Notes: generated by a model not told the origin, from the sequence alone. Shown: positions 11,552 to 25,214, counted from the stretch's first letter. The stretch is 64,000 nucleotides of DNA from Callorhinchus milii (GCF_018977255.1 NW_024704743.1:32366001-32430000); one strand, 5' to 3'. Translations and numbers: made by a program.

Positions 11552-11986
11552 CTCCCCCCCGCCATGGCCCCCGCTCCCCCCCGCCATGGCCCCCGCTCCC
11601 CCCCGCCATGGCCCCCGCTCCCCCCCGCCATGGCCCCCGCTCCCCCCCGCCATGGCCCCCGCTCCCCCCCGCCATGGCCCCCGCTCCCCCCCGCCATGGC
11701 CCCCGCTCCCCCCCGCCATGGCCCCCGCTCCCCCCCGCCATGGCCCCCGCTCCCCCCCGCCATGGCCCCCGCTCCCCCCCGCCATGGCCCCCGCTCCCCC
11801 CCGCCATGGCCCCCGCTCCCCCCCGCCATGGCCCCGCTCCCCCCCGCCATGGCCCCCGCTCCCCCCCGCCATGGCCCCCGCTCCCCCCCCGCCATGGCCC
11901 CCACTCCCCCCCCCCCCCCCGCCATGGCCCCCGCTCCCCCCCGCCATGGCCCCCGCTCCCCCCCGCCATGGCCCCCGCTCCCGCCC
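11552..11986. repeat. 22-bp minisatellite, ~19 copies
   Basis: Unit GCCATGGCCCCCGCTCCCCCCC, nearly invariant. Confidence 0.97.
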
Positions 11987-14409
11987 CTCTTCCTGTGACT
12001 GCCCGCATTGGGGCCCTGTCCAGGGCGAATCACCGTATCCAGTCCTTCACAACGTGCTGCCCAATATGGGGGTGGCGGGCGGGCGGGCGGCCGATCAACC
12101 GGTCTCCGCCTCTTCCTTGTCAGGGCCTCCGCCCTCCCTCCCCCCCCACACCCACCTTTTTCTCGGATATATCTCCTTTTTTTTTGGATCCTTTTTTTTA
12201 AAAAAAAACCCTCGCAGCGTTGCGCATTTAATCCGTTCCCAGGTTTTATTCCCCCCCCCCCCCCCCCTCCCCCGCATCCCATCCCATCCCATCGATTTTG
12301 CTCATCCACGCGTCTCCTCGCGATCCTCGTGGACCAGGAATTGTAGGAGCAAATGTGTCGCCCGGTTTAATGTTTTAACCCTTGATTTTTTGATGCACGA
12401 ATGAAGTCAGATTATTTTCAACCGGCGGCACTGTGCCGTGTACAGATCTCCTGCCGCCGATGGGGTTTTTTTTCTCTCTCTCTTGATTTCTAACATGACG
12501 TTGTATAATTTTGTCGATCGCGGTGTTGTGATTAATAGGTTTTGTGGTGTAGTTTGTTTCTAAACCGTTAGTTAAACGTAGGAAAGCTTTTAAAAGGCAT
12601 TTAGCCATTTTGCTGATGAGTCATGATATTTTGAAGGTTAGCCTAGATTTGCCTTTTCAGTGAATTTAAAATGTCCATCTGAATTGTGTTATAACTGTGG
12701 TTTCAGCTTACTTTTATTGAGAGGTACATGATTATGCCTTCCCCTTTTTTTTTCTGAAAAAAAATTTGCTCATGTGCTGCTTGTGATGTCAGGCTTTATC
12801 ATCAGTGATGTTTGTCTGATAACAAATGCTGGGGGTGTGGTTGAGATTTACAAGCGATGGCGAAGACTTTAAAGAAAATTTAGAATAGTTAAAAAAAATT
12901 CCTGGATCGTGGTGTTCTTGTTTTGAATGGTACGAATCGCCAGGATCCCACGACAGATTGATCAAAAATGTATAGTTCGGTTGGCTTTGCCATATGATCC
13001 TGGGGCTGGTCGAACTTCCATATTCCCTATTCTTATCCTGCTCCCCCATCTGATAATAATAAATAATAATCCTTGCATTTGATATAGCGCCTTATCACGT
13101 CATTGGGGTGTCTCAAAGCTCTTCACAGAATATACCGTGCAGTATAGTGACTATATTATACGCAGAACTAAACCTCCCATGAAGACCCATTTAGTTTGGA
13201 AACGAGCTTTGCTGTTATTGTCAACAATAACCCTGAGCAAAACTTAATCTGTAAACCATATTAACAGCTTTTATTAACCTGAACTTTTTGGTAGCTTAAA
13301 ATACGCAAGATGCTGCTTCACCTCAGCTCAGATATTTTATATATTCAAAATAAAATCAGAGCAGAATTTTAAGGAATCTCAGTATAAGGTACTTCTTAAC
13401 AAAAGAAAGTATATATTTGTTGCATCGTGAAATGCATGTGGTTGTTGTCTATACATGGCAAAGCCTAAGAGTGAGGAATTTTTCTTCCATCATTATTGAG
13501 GGATGTTAGACAACATAATGCCCAGCATATTTGGGAGCTATCATGTTGAACAGTGAGTACTTTGATTGTAGGCTATGCTTACTTTTTCAGAGTTTTTTTC
13601 TGTTTGTATTTTGTCTTCACGTTCCCAGCTACCACTGTGGGCCTCTTTACTTCTGTTTTTCTGTTCTCATATTTCTTGTTGATGCTCTTTGCGCTCTATT
13701 CTTGGTCGTCGCATCACATTGCACTTTGTTCACTATTATGTTGCATCTTCACAGAACAGGTACAGTGCCCATAGCTCTTCAGAATCATCTGCAGTGTTCC
13801 CTCAATTGCTTAGTGAATAAAGGCAGCAATAGTTTGATTTGCAGTCTATGTTGAATTGGTTGGGGGAGTTGAAAGAGACCTTAGCACCCTGGGGAAATCA
13901 GCTAGGTTTTCAGCTCCTAATGACTAGTCAGTGATGGCTATCCCTGGTGAAAACTATGGTTTTGTGGACGTAAGATCAAGGTGGCATCAGGCTTAGCCGA
14001 GTTGCCTTGCTTGGATGAATAGCCTGTCAATATTCACCGTCTAGGGTTCCACATGAATTATGATCACTTTGGTCAAGTAATGGAGAACTCCCCAGATGCT
14101 TGTGGAGTCATGTCTCAGGATATGCCATTGCCTTAAGGAAAAAACTAGATAAGCTGTGTCTTTTGTACAAAGTACCTGTGGTCTCTATATGGTCATAAGT
14201 GATTTCTCTGCAACTGTTGTATAAATCAAACTACCCGGGTAAACCTGTGATTGAGTGATCTTTATGGCCTTTATGACTTTATAGTTTTTTTTGTTTTTCT
14301 CAGTTTATTAAGAACTGTACACGGAGCACCATAAGTAATGCTATCTCCAGACTGCACTTAAATATTATGCTAAGTTGTTACTTTTTTAAAATTGTTTTAA
14401 AAGTAGCTA

Positions 14410-14567
14410 AAACAATCTGACAAAAGGGTGAGTTCTGACGAAGGGTCGTGGACCCGAAACGTTGACTCACTTTCCTTTCTGCATAGATGCTGCCTGACCT
14501 GCTGAGTGTTCCCAGCGGCTTCTGTTTTTGTTTCAGATTTCCAGCATCTGCAGTATTTCGCGTTTTG
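14410..14567 (+). mobile_element. Penelope-like terminal-repeat fragment with 14-bp target duplication
   Basis: TTTAAAAGTAGCTA at 14396-14409 and 14568-14581; a homologous copy lies on the - strand at 6451-6543. Confidence 0.7.
14428..14470 (+). ncRNA. Minimal type I hammerhead ribozyme motif
   Basis: Helix I GTGAGTT/GACTCAC, core CTGACGA 14435-14441, helix II GGGTC-gtg-GACCC, GAAA 14456-14459, palindromic AACGTT helix III, GUU triplet. Confidence 0.7.
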
Positions 14568-14794
14568 TTTAAAAGTAGCTATTTTGATTCTTGATGCATA
14601 ATAGTTCAGTCTTTAAGCTAATCACTGTCTTCAGGTACATTTACCCAACCAAACTCTACTTCCAATTCAGGAGTGCTGTTGGAGCGGTTACACAAAAAAT
14701 GACAAATAAAAATGGTCATTTTCTCCAGTGGCTTTTTTTTTTGCACCCCTTGGATTCCCCGTTGCCAGCGATTGATAAAGAAAGTGAAGTACAA

Positions 14795-15390
14795 TACCAA
14801 CATGCATTTATATAGCACCCCTCACGCAGGGTAGCGTCGTAGAGCGCTTGATAGTGGCAGAGCACAACGCCGAGCTGGTGGGATGGGGAGGGGGGGGGAG
14901 TCAAATAGGAAGGTCTGCAGGTGCGACCTGAAGATGGGAAAGGGAGGAGCAAGGTTGAGTGATAGAGGAAGAATGTTCCAACGATTCGGGGTGTACTGGC
15001 TGAAATTGCGGCCACCATTGGTGGAACGGAAAGCACGAGAGACATGCAGAAGGCCAGAGCCAGTCGAGCAGAGGCAGTGGGTTGTGGTGTAAGCAGGTTG
15101 GAGAGGTAGGGAGGTGCCAGGCCGTGAAAGGATTTTAAAGCGAGTGTGAGGATCTTGAAAGCGATCTGTTCAGTGGTAGGGAGCCAGTGGAGCCTGGCTA
15201 GAACTGGTGTTATGGGGGTACGGGTGAGTATGTGGGCGGCAGAGTTTTGGATCAGCTGTATCCTAAGGATGGTGGAGCTGAGGAGACCAGCAAAGAGGGC
15301 ATTTGAGAAGTTGAGGCGGGGGGCAGACGCGTGGACGAGTGTTTCAGCTGCATCTGGGGTAAGGTATGGTCGGATGTGGGCAATGTGGGT
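14795..15390 (-). mobile_element. L2 LINE 3' fragment (second subfamily)
   Basis: Reverse strand encodes ITPVLARLHWLP..FKIL; homologous to 31907-32510. Confidence 0.8.
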
Positions 15391-15584
15391 CGACCCTGTC
15401 TCCTATGTTTCACTCTGGTTCGGTACATCTGAGGGATAGGCCAGGGAGGTTGAGGAGGTCAGAGCTGCAGGTTAGAAGACATTGACGGGTGCCAATGACA
15501 ATTGACGGGTTTCCGTCTTATGAAAATTGAGTTGTGGGAAGATTTCGCTCATCCAGGGCTGGTGAGTCGGGGGACGTGGAGCAG

Positions 15585-16580
15585 GCCGGAGCTGGCTGAA
15601 GGGAGAGCGTGGGCGGGTTGGTAGGGGGTTAGGAGGTCGCAGAGATAGGGTGGGGCGAGGCCATGGAGGCCTTGTAGGTGAGGACCAGGATCTTGAACTG
15701 GATCCTCTGAAGGATAGGGAGCCAATGGAATCGGGCGAGAATGGGGGAGATGGGGTCAAGGAGTTTGGTGCGGGAGAGGACACGGGCTGCAGAGTTCCGG
15801 ATTATCTGCAGTCTGTGGAGGGAGGATTTGGGAAGGCCGATAAGCAGGGCTTTTGCATAGTCGAGCCTGGAGGTGATGAAGGCATGAACAAGAGTTTCAG
15901 CGGCCTGAGGGGTGAGTTAGTGGCGGAGTCGGGCGATGTTACGGAGGTGAGGGAAAGCAGAGCGGGTCATGGTTTGGATGTGTGGGGAAGAAAAGACAGT
16001 TGAGGATCGAGACACCCAGGTTCCTGACTGGCTTGGAGAGTTGTGTGCATCCATGGAGGTTGATTCTGCCAGAGCCTGAGGTGCAGAGGCGCTGGCGCGA
16101 GCCAATCAGGAGGGCCTCAGTCTTGTTCACATTCAACTGTAGGAAATTTGTCCTCATCCAGGACTTGATGTCCGATAGGCAGTCTGTCAGGACAGCAGTG
16201 GTCCTGGAGTTGAGGGTGGAGGCAGAAAGATAGAGTTGGGTGTCATCTGCATACAAGTGGAAGTTGACCCCATGTCTGCAGATGATGTCACCAAGGGGGA
16301 GCATATAGATATTAAAGAGGAGAGGGCCAAGGACAGAGCCCTGGGGGACGCCAGACGTGACAGTGCGGGGGATGGATCAGAAACCATTAGAGGCAACAAA
16401 GTGGAGGCGGTGAGAGAGATAGGATTATATCCAGGCAAGGGCAGGTCTGCAAAGGTTAAGTAAGATGAGAAAGAAGCCAAGGATGGAGCCCTCAGGTGAC
16501 CAGGTGGGGGCGGAGGAGAAACTGTTTGAGAAGATAAAGTGAAGGCGGTTTGAGTAAGTTGGGAAGCTACAGACAGATAT
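15585..16580 (-). mobile_element. L2 LINE reverse-transcriptase fragments
   Basis: [36 protein letters not shown]. Confidence 0.9.
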
Positions 16581-17125
16581 TGATGCACGTACTGATTTGT
16601 AAAGTAAACAAGGTACTGAGAGTATCTCTGTTATGGTAACAAGGTTCAACTTAATCTTAACTTCTCTAGACTGAATAGGATAGGGTATTGCATATTGTAT
16701 GGTGTTCCACATCTATTGTCTATTATTAAATATTGAAACTGCACTGCAAAAATTCACATAAAACCAGATGCTTTAGTATTATAGCAGACATTGCAACTCA
16801 AGGTTGGGACTTTTTTGGTGATATAGCTGCGCTTTCACATCAGGGTGTTACTACAATTTACTTTGTAAAGGCATTAAAGTGATGATATCTCTTTAAAATT
16901 GTTAGGAATGGTGAACATGACTGGTAAGAGTATTAGGTGGGAGGATATGAGGTCCCTGAAAATCTTGGAGGTCAGAACTACAAATTACGATTTAGATCAT
17001 CTTGCCAATCACATTTTCAAATGCCAGGTTTTGTACATCCCAATCTTCTTTTCTCCGAAAGAAATCTCGCCTGGAACCATTCACCAACCTCCAAAAACAA
17101 ATTATTTCATGTTATCCTCTTTTAA

Positions 17126-17335
17126 ATCTGTCTGTAGCTTCCCGACTTACTCAAACCTCCTTCACTTTATCTCCTCAAATGGTTTCTCCTCCCGCCCCCA
17201 CCTGGTCACCTGTGGTGTACCTGAGGGCTCCATCCTTGGCCCGCTTCTCTTCCTCATCCATCTGTTACCTCTTGGCGATGTCACCCGCAGACATGGGTTA
17301 AACTTTCACATGCATGCAGATGACGCACAAATCTA
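17126..17335 (+). mobile_element. L2 RT fragment
   Basis: [25 protein letters not shown]. Confidence 0.85.
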
Positions 17336-18449
17336 CTTTTTAAAACCAACGGAAGTTACTGTGTTCAATTAATGAATGATACCACTTTGTATTGTTGTGG
17401 TGCAGGTATTGTAAATTTGAAGTGATCTTTGACTGTTAAGATAGTACATTATCTTTTCCCGCACCAGACATCTGAGCCCAATACCCCTAACTTTGCTAGG
17501 TTCCATTGTACAAAATAATTGACACTTCCATAGTGCTCTTATAATAATGAAAACAATCCTTGCATTTGATATAGCACTTTTTATGTCTTCTGGATGTCTC
17601 AAAGCGCTTCACAGAATATACTGTAAAGTAAATTGACTTTATTTTGGTGGGGGAAGCACGGCAGCCAATTGCTCACAGTATTGTCCCACAAACAGTCATG
17701 AATTGAAGTGACCAATTTATTATTTTATTTTTCTTGAGGGATTATTATCAGGCACGTGGAGTAAGGAAACTTGCCCAAGGTTTTGCTCTGCCCAGTAATC
17801 AAACCCAGGTCTCTTGCTTGGGATTTCTGGGCAAGATTGCAATTAATGAGCTATATGTTGTGGACTTGCAGTCCAAGAACTAGTTTTAGAATTGCTTGCC
17901 AGTCAATTACAATAACAAATTACATTTGTGTAGTGCCGTTCACATTGGGTGGACATCCCAATACTCTGGAATCTAGTGACACAGTCCTCTGAGGTAAAAG
18001 AATGGTGTATTCAGGCACCTCAACTCTTCCACCATTTGTTTCCACTCACTGCAGAATATGTTCTGCCGGCCTTGGCATTACTTCAGAATGCTCTGTCCAG
18101 TAAAATATGTTACTTCTGCCTTGTTAAAAATCCAGCATCGGCATCTGGTCTAAGCTGCAGCTTGTTCTGAACTTATGAGCTTGGCAAAACGTACAACAGT
18201 GGGTTGTGTGTTTTAATCCAATGTGTGAGAACAGGCCAGTTCCTTCTTCAACATGATAGTGTTCTAAACTATTTTGGTGCTTCAATAGTTTTAATATTTG
18301 ACAAATTTCACAATTGTGCCTAATATAGTAATGTTTGCAATTGTTGTGCTGTGAAACATACTTCTAATCTCATTAAACTGATAACTTCCAACAACCAACT
18401 AGTTGCAGGCTGTTTTGACAGAATCAAAGGGAATTAAGTATATATTGAA

Positions 18450-18835
18450 TGGTAGTGACTTGCAAGCAGCAGAAGAGAAAGGGACTTGGGAGTGAAGGAA
18501 CATGCCCTTAGGTTCGTGAATAAAGTTATGGTAATCTGAATTTTATACATGGGGCATATCGTACAAAGGTAGTAATGCTAACTATGTCTAAATAATTGGG
18601 ACAGGGAAGGTTGAGAGAGGACCTGACAGATGTGTACAATTTTTTGGTAAAGATAAATAAGGTGAAGTTATTTCTGCTGGTTGGGGAGTCAGTGAGTAGA
18701 GGTCATAGATATGATAGTCACATAAAGAGCAAAAGGAGAGTTTAAGAGAATTGTTTTTCACAGTTATTGAGACGTGGAATCCTCTGCCAATTAAAGTGGT
18801 AGGAGTAGAGTCCATTGTGGGTTTCAAGAGGGAAG
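18450..18835 (+). mobile_element. CR1-type LINE 3' remnant
   Basis: FFTVIETWNPLPIKVVGVESIVGFKRE resembles the CR1 ORF2 C-terminus. Confidence 0.65.
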
Positions 18836-19364
18836 TACTGTACAATTTAGCACCTTTCATGTCGGCAAGATTTCTCAAGGTGCTTGATGCTGGATGGGCA
18901 CCCATGATGGCGAGGGAATCAAGGGCAGGGGGAGGGGAAAGATGATCAAACGTGTGGTCCAGAAGATGTTCTGAAATGTGCCTTGGATGATGGGAGGGAG
19001 TAAGTCGGACAGACTCCAGTATGGGGTTCCAGAGAATAGGGCAAAATGGCTGAAAGCCTACCTGTCTACCATGGGGCATATAGTCCAGGGGACATGAAGC
19101 AGGTCAGTGAAATTGAGTGAACAGAGCTCCTGGATCGATGTAGTTGAAGGAGATTGCACAGGTCACTGAGGGTTTTGTGTCCCTATCTTGACCTGGGAGA
19201 ACAGGCATTATGAAAGATGTTTAAAGAAAACCGTCTTCTTTGATTTCTTGTTTGGTTACAGCTGATTCTGACCATGTTGCTCTCACATCACAGCTACTAT
19301 GAATGTGTGATTGAAGTGAGCTTTTTCCAGTAGAAGCGAGATGCAATAACATTGGTATACGTTG

Positions 19365-20225
19365 CTGTCCCTTATGTCCAGTCTCCCAATTACCAAACGG
19401 ATCGACTTCAAGATCCTCTCACTCAATTTCAAATCCCTTCATGCACACGCACCTCCCTACCTATCCAATTCGCTCCACCACCTACCGGCTCCGCCCTCCT
19501 GTTCATCCTTCGCACCCTCTGCTCCACCACCCCAGTCCCTTCGCCTTGCCCCCTCCTCATTTTCAAATCCCGCCTAAAGACCTTCCTTTTTGATCGTCGC
19601 CTCCCCCCCTCCCTCTGCCCCTTGCTCAGGGTCAGACTCCGCACTGTCAAGCACTCCAGGACTCTACCCCGCATGAAGGGAGCTATACGAATGAAGTCGT
19701 TGTATATTTTTAAAAATGCAAGTTGTTCTCCTTGCTGGAAAATTCCTGAGTAACCTCATGTTTTTGCAAGTTTACAACAAATTCCATTTCTATTGCCTCT
19801 TCCACATTGGGAGTACTTCCCAAGGTACCGGACAGTCAAGGATATGTAGCCGAGATGGGGAGGTTGGAATCGGGAGCGAGGGTGGTCTTAGGAGGGTGAC
19901 CGAACGCGCGGTCAAAGTGAAAGGTCTTGAGATGGGTCTTGAAGGAGGCAAGGGAGGTAGGCAAGGCAAAGGGAAGAAAGGCTGAAGACCCGACTGCCGA
20001 TGATGAGGCGGTCAGGGTGGGAGCATGGAGCAGGCCAGAGTCCACTGAGCAGACAGGTCAGTATTGGATTAGCAAGTCAGAGAGGTAGGGAGGAGCCAGG
20101 CCCTCCCTTTGGAGGGCTTTCAAAGCGAGAATGGGGATTTTGAACTATCCTTTGGGGGGATGGGAAGCCAGTGGAGCCGGGCGAGGAAGGCGCTAATAGG
20201 TTCACAGAGATTGGTGCAGGAGAAG
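19365..20225. mobile_element. Two tail-to-tail L2 3' fragments (+ ~19365-19700, - ~19770-20225)
   Basis: RIDFKIL and FKSRLKTFLF on +; SLASFKTHLKT on -. Confidence 0.75.
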
Positions 20226-22721
20226 ACAATGTAGAAAATTTTAATGGACTAACCTACTTCCCAATTCATTTTAGTAGATTCATAAGGAGCTGTAGGATAT
20301 GAATTAGGACATACTCTTGGGCCATAGTTCACATTCCATGGCTATCATGTATTCTGTTAACACATGCAAAGTAATTAGAATACATTATTTGTAAATTTTA
20401 AATGGAAATTGAGAATTGGTTCTGATTAAAAATTGATGTGAGAAGTAATGACTATTTGTGATATTAATCTCAAACATGAAAAATACTTTGATTAGTAAGT
20501 GTGGAATAAATTAGAATTTCTGATTGAAGCACAATGTCTGCCTTCTCCTGTGGTTTAGTTTTTAATTCTGCACTAAATGTATTATATGGCTATTTTCAGG
20601 CAGCAATATGTTTCAAATTCAGTGTTTTTTTGCTTGATTTTTATTAATCTGGTATGCATCCCACTATGTTCAACAATATCAGGTAGGAATTAACAAATGA
20701 CTAGGCCACAAATCTTTGGAAAGAGAATGAACTAGCACAAGTGTAGCATATTTTACACAGGATGCTGGAGAACAAAAAAAAGTAACTAATAAAGTGGAAT
20801 GGAGAGAATTTGGGGATGCAGAGACCTTTAAAGGTGGCCATTTACAACAATGAAGTTTTTATATAGAGCCCTTCACATCGCTTAGTGCTCTTCGTGTACG
20901 TCACAGAAAGCTTCTATGGCTCATTTTGTCCTGTTCTGTTATTATAATAATAATAATCCTTGCATTTGATATAGCGCTTTTCAAGTCTTCTAGACATCCC
21001 AAAGCGCTTCACAGAATATACTGTAAAGTGAATTGACTTAGCAGATAAATGATCCCTGGGGCTGTTCTTGGAACCTATGAACAGCATTGAACTAATAGTA
21101 GAAATTGCTGATTATGACCACCATGTTCTTCACTTCTGCTGTTTTGATGTGGGGTTTGCACCCACAACCTTCTGCCTTATCGTGACGAGATTTCTTCCAG
21201 CTGAGCCAGGCTGATTGGCTGTTAGCTTGTTAATATGATTGCCCTTTAATGGTGTGAGAGAGAGGTATTTGCTGCCACTGAAAATCATGCAGTGTAAAAA
21301 TTATTCTTGTTTCCGAGTCTTGATATCCTCTCTTGCGTACCAACCTGAAGGATACATTTGAAATTGCAATCTGATAAACATTGTGCTGCACAGGCATGAT
21401 ACTGGATAGCTGTTGGTGAGTTATAATATAGTAATCCAGTTGCTGGGTTTGTGATGTCATTAAATCACAAGTGAAATTCAAGCAGTTTATATTGGTAATT
21501 GGGCTTGGTGTCAGGTTTGGCAAAGGAAAGTCATAATCGAGCCAACCCACTGGAACCAACAGAACTCCAGGGACAGCTGATGACAGCACAGCCAGCCTGG
21601 CTCATCGGCAGGCCTTGGAAGAGCCAACCATTCACTGGAAGCAGGGAATCATCCTACTCAGCTCCTGTTAGCCCTCCAAGCCAAAGCCATAACAGGTAGG
21701 GTGGTCCTAACTGGACCAGCGGCAGGAAAGTTTCCCAGACAGTAATATTAATAGCACCTATGTGGTTTTATCTGGTTAGACTCCAGCAGTACACTAACCC
21801 ATATTCTGGGGTCCTCAAGCCTTGGCTCTTGCCAACCTGAGTCGATACTTTCCAGAATTGGGTCAGCAACGTCCCTCCAGAGAGAGTGCATATTCCATTC
21901 CAACAATCTATCTCTGGAATTTCCATGTGTAGGTGGGATGCATGGAACTCTGTTTGGTTTGGAAATGGTGACAGGTTTCCGTATGGGTCAGACATCCAGC
22001 TGACCCCAAAATTTGGATAATTTTACCACTGATTGGAATGTTGGTTAAAATCCACTGACTGGCTTTTTATGCGCGTGGTGACTTTTCAATATACAGTAAT
22101 TGGCATTGGACTAAGCCAGGCAAGCTGAAAGGTTACAAGATTGATTCCTTGAGCCAGGGCAGGAACAACTTGTGCTTGTATTAACAAGTTGTCTTTCAAT
22201 AAACTATCAAAGGGGAAAATAAGTTGGGTTTTCTGCTCCACATTGATCCCTCCTGGAATGTGCATATGCGGAAGTTGGTTGAAGACGAGGTTCAGTTTTG
22301 CTTTGATGGTCCTGGTCATTTTTAGATCCTAGTCCTGGCCTTCAAATCTGTCCAAGCTCTCATCTTGCCCTACCTGAGCTATCTTCTCCAGCCTATAACT
22401 CTGCTCTTCAAATTTGCTTCATGGTTTGCTTTTTACTCCCATTGCTCTATTTGTGGCTGAGCATTGCGCAGGAAGTCGTGTAGTAGAACTACATAGCGTT
22501 TATGTGTAGCGAGCAGGAAGAAGGAACATCCATGGCAACCTTAAACCTGAAAGTCAGCAATATCTTTTGTTGAAAATCATAAATATGTAAAAATAACTGG
22601 GAATTTGTTTTCCTCGGTTTGGAAAAAATTGGGAAAACATATACCATTTTTTACAAATCAAAACTGAAAGCCGGAAAGACTGCTTACTGTTAATTCTGAA
22701 ACTATATATTTTAAATATCAG

Positions 22722-22932
22722 GGACTCGTCAGCAAAGTTACAGACACTGTGAAGAATATAGTACCTGGCTGGCTGCAGAAGTACTTTGGACATGCAAATA
22801 AACCCGGAGAAACAAGGAATGATGAACCAGCGGAATTGATAGATGATCGTGATAACCAAATTCCTGTAAATGAGACCCCGCAATACAGTGATGGACGGAA
22901 TAGCCCAATTCCAACAACAAGTGATTTAAGAG
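22722..22932 (+). CDS. NUP153: NUP153 exon 2 (includes amphipathic-helix region)
   Basis: atatcag|GLVSKVTDTVKNIVPGWLQKYF...TTSDLR G|gtaagt. Confidence 0.95.
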
Positions 22933-23189
22933 GTAAGTGTTCATTTATCTAAGTAAAAATCAGATTTACAAAAGTTGAGTTCAGTGAAATAAAATATGTA
23001 AAATGATCCATAACGAACAGTAACTTTGACAAAATGTACAAATGCTGGAATAATAAATTATTAGTGATTTGTACCACTCGGGGTTCAAACTTTGATTATA
23101 CTTTGTAAAACAGTCATTGTTATAACATCTGGTTTTTATTATTGGTTAGCACCTCAAAGTGCTTTTACAGATAATGAATAGAACCCAAG

Positions 23190-24330
23190 CAAGAAGGGGT
23201 GAGAGGTTTTTTTAGAAAGGCTTTCAAAGCAGGGGGAAAGGTTGTTAAAGTCGGTGATCTGGAAGGGTTCTGAAGAGTGGGGTTAAAGTGATTGGAAGCT
23301 CGGTGGCCAAAAAATGAGTGGAGGTCGATATGCAGCAGACCTGAGTTTGCAGAGGTAATGGAAGGGGCTTGGATCATAGAATAAGCATGGGACAAGGATC
23401 TTAAAATCAGTTAGTTGGAAAATAGAGAACTATTGGAATCTGGTGAGGGTGGAGTTGATCATGGAACCAAGTGCGAGAGAGGTTAGACTGAGAGACCAAC
23501 AAGTAGAACATTAGAGAAATCAAATCTGGAGATGACAAAGATGTGAATGGAAGTTTGGATAGAACTGGGGTTGAGATAAGATCCAGGAAGGAGGTTTGGA
23601 AATGGAGAAAAGCAGTCTTGGTCAAACAGAGGAGAAGGAGGCAGAATGATTACAGACTCCGCGGATGTCATTGGTCCGGACAGAAACTAGATCAGTGCGT
23701 CTTGAATAACAACAAAATGATATTTATAGAGCGCATTTCACATCGGGAGGACGTCCCAAGGTGCTGGACAGTCAAGGATCAGGACCCGAGCATGGAGGAG
23801 GGGCGAGGGAAGGCAGAGAGGTGGGAGGGCGACTGAAGGCATGATCAAAGAGGAGGGTCTTGAGACCAGCCTTGAAGGAGGCAAGGGAGGAAGCGAGGCA
23901 AAGGGACTGTGGGTTGGAGTTCCAGAGTGTGGGGGCAGAGGGGCTGAAAGCCCGGCCACCGATGGTAGGGTGGGTTGAACGGGAGACATGGAGCAGGCCG
24001 GAGCCCGCTGAATGGAGGGAACAGGCAGGTTGGTAGGGAGTCAGCAGGTCAGAGAGGAAGGAAGGGAGGACGAGGATCTTGAATTCGATCCTCTGAGGGA
24101 TGATGAGCCAGTGGAGTCGGGCGAGGGTGGGAGTGATGGGGTCACGGAGCCTGGTGCATGAGAGTACACGAGCTGCAGCGTTTTGGATGATCTCCAGCTT
24201 GTGAAGGGAAGAGTTGGGAAGCCTGATGAGGAGGGAGTTTCCATAATCGAGCCTTGAGGTGACGAATGCGTGGGTGAGGGTTTTGGCAGCCTGAGGGGTG
24301 AGGCAGTGGCGGAATCTGGCAATGTTGAAC
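23190..24330 (-). mobile_element. L2 LINE 3' fragments (old copy plus younger copy 23707-24330)
   Basis: HAFVTSRLDYGNSLL..QNAAARVL..ITPTLARLHWL..RIEFKIL..APTLWNS. Confidence 0.9.
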
Positions 24331-25214
24331 AGGTTTACCAGTACGTAATTAATACAACTAATTATACTTTGAAGTTCACAACATATATCAGCATGAGCAA
24401 AGTGGAAAAAACATTTTTGTATGGGCAAGACATGGTATAGGTAAGCATAATTTACTTCGATTTTGTGCAGTCTCGGTAAAGTATCTTAGTGGTCCAGAAT
24501 TGAAGCACATGTTTCTGTTGGGAACTATGACAGAGGCAAAGAGCCTCCAGGTAATCAACAATGGATTTGTGATGGAATGGGTACATGGGTGGAGAATTGC
24601 ACTGAGATGTTGACTTGAAAGTTGGTATTAAACAAAATATTCTGACAGGTTTAGCCTTCCAGGGCCTTGCTAACCTCCCTCTCTCTATAACTTGCTAACT
24701 CCATACAGACCTGTCCGCTCACTCCGAGGAGAATAAAAATATATATTCCTAATTGAAAGGTGTAGCTAACTGTATTTTGAAGATGTTTATTAAATATATT
24801 CAGGTTTTACATTTGTTGGCAGAGAATTTCTCACAAGTCTTTTTCCTCCCAAGTTTATTGCGATAATAATGAGATGGGTGCAAGGAAAAGTAATGGGCAA
24901 AACAAAAACAAATTGCGTTTGTATAGCGGCTTTCACGTCAGGTGGACGTTTAAAGGCGCTTGAGCAGTCAAAGATTTGACCTGATCTGCGGTTTGGGATC
25001 AGGTGGAGGGTAGGGATAGGAGGGTAACAGATTTTGAACTCTGTCCTGTGGTGGGGGGGGGGGCAGTGGAACCAGACGAGGATGTGGTTCATAGGTTCAC
25101 AGAGCTTTGTGCTGGAGGGGACAATTGCAGTCTAGTGTTATAAAGCACTGGTATGATTCACTGTCCCAAACCTGAATCTTAAAAAGGTAGGATGAGTTAG
25201 ATGACTAAATGTCT

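Larger units (their letters stand above)
9460..12370. promoter_or_regulatory. CpG island spanning the NUP153 promoter, exon 1 and start of intron 1
   Basis: Very GC- and CpG-rich compared with CpG-depleted flanks. Confidence 0.85.

Noticed and set aside
11552..11986. CRISPR-like array
   Set aside because: Head-to-tail repeats with no unique spacers, in a eukaryotic intron, with no cas genes.
10218..12404. Long GC-rich ORFs (up to 380 aa) on both strands
   Set aside because: Stop-poor CpG island and minisatellite translations; only 11030-11137 is supported as coding.
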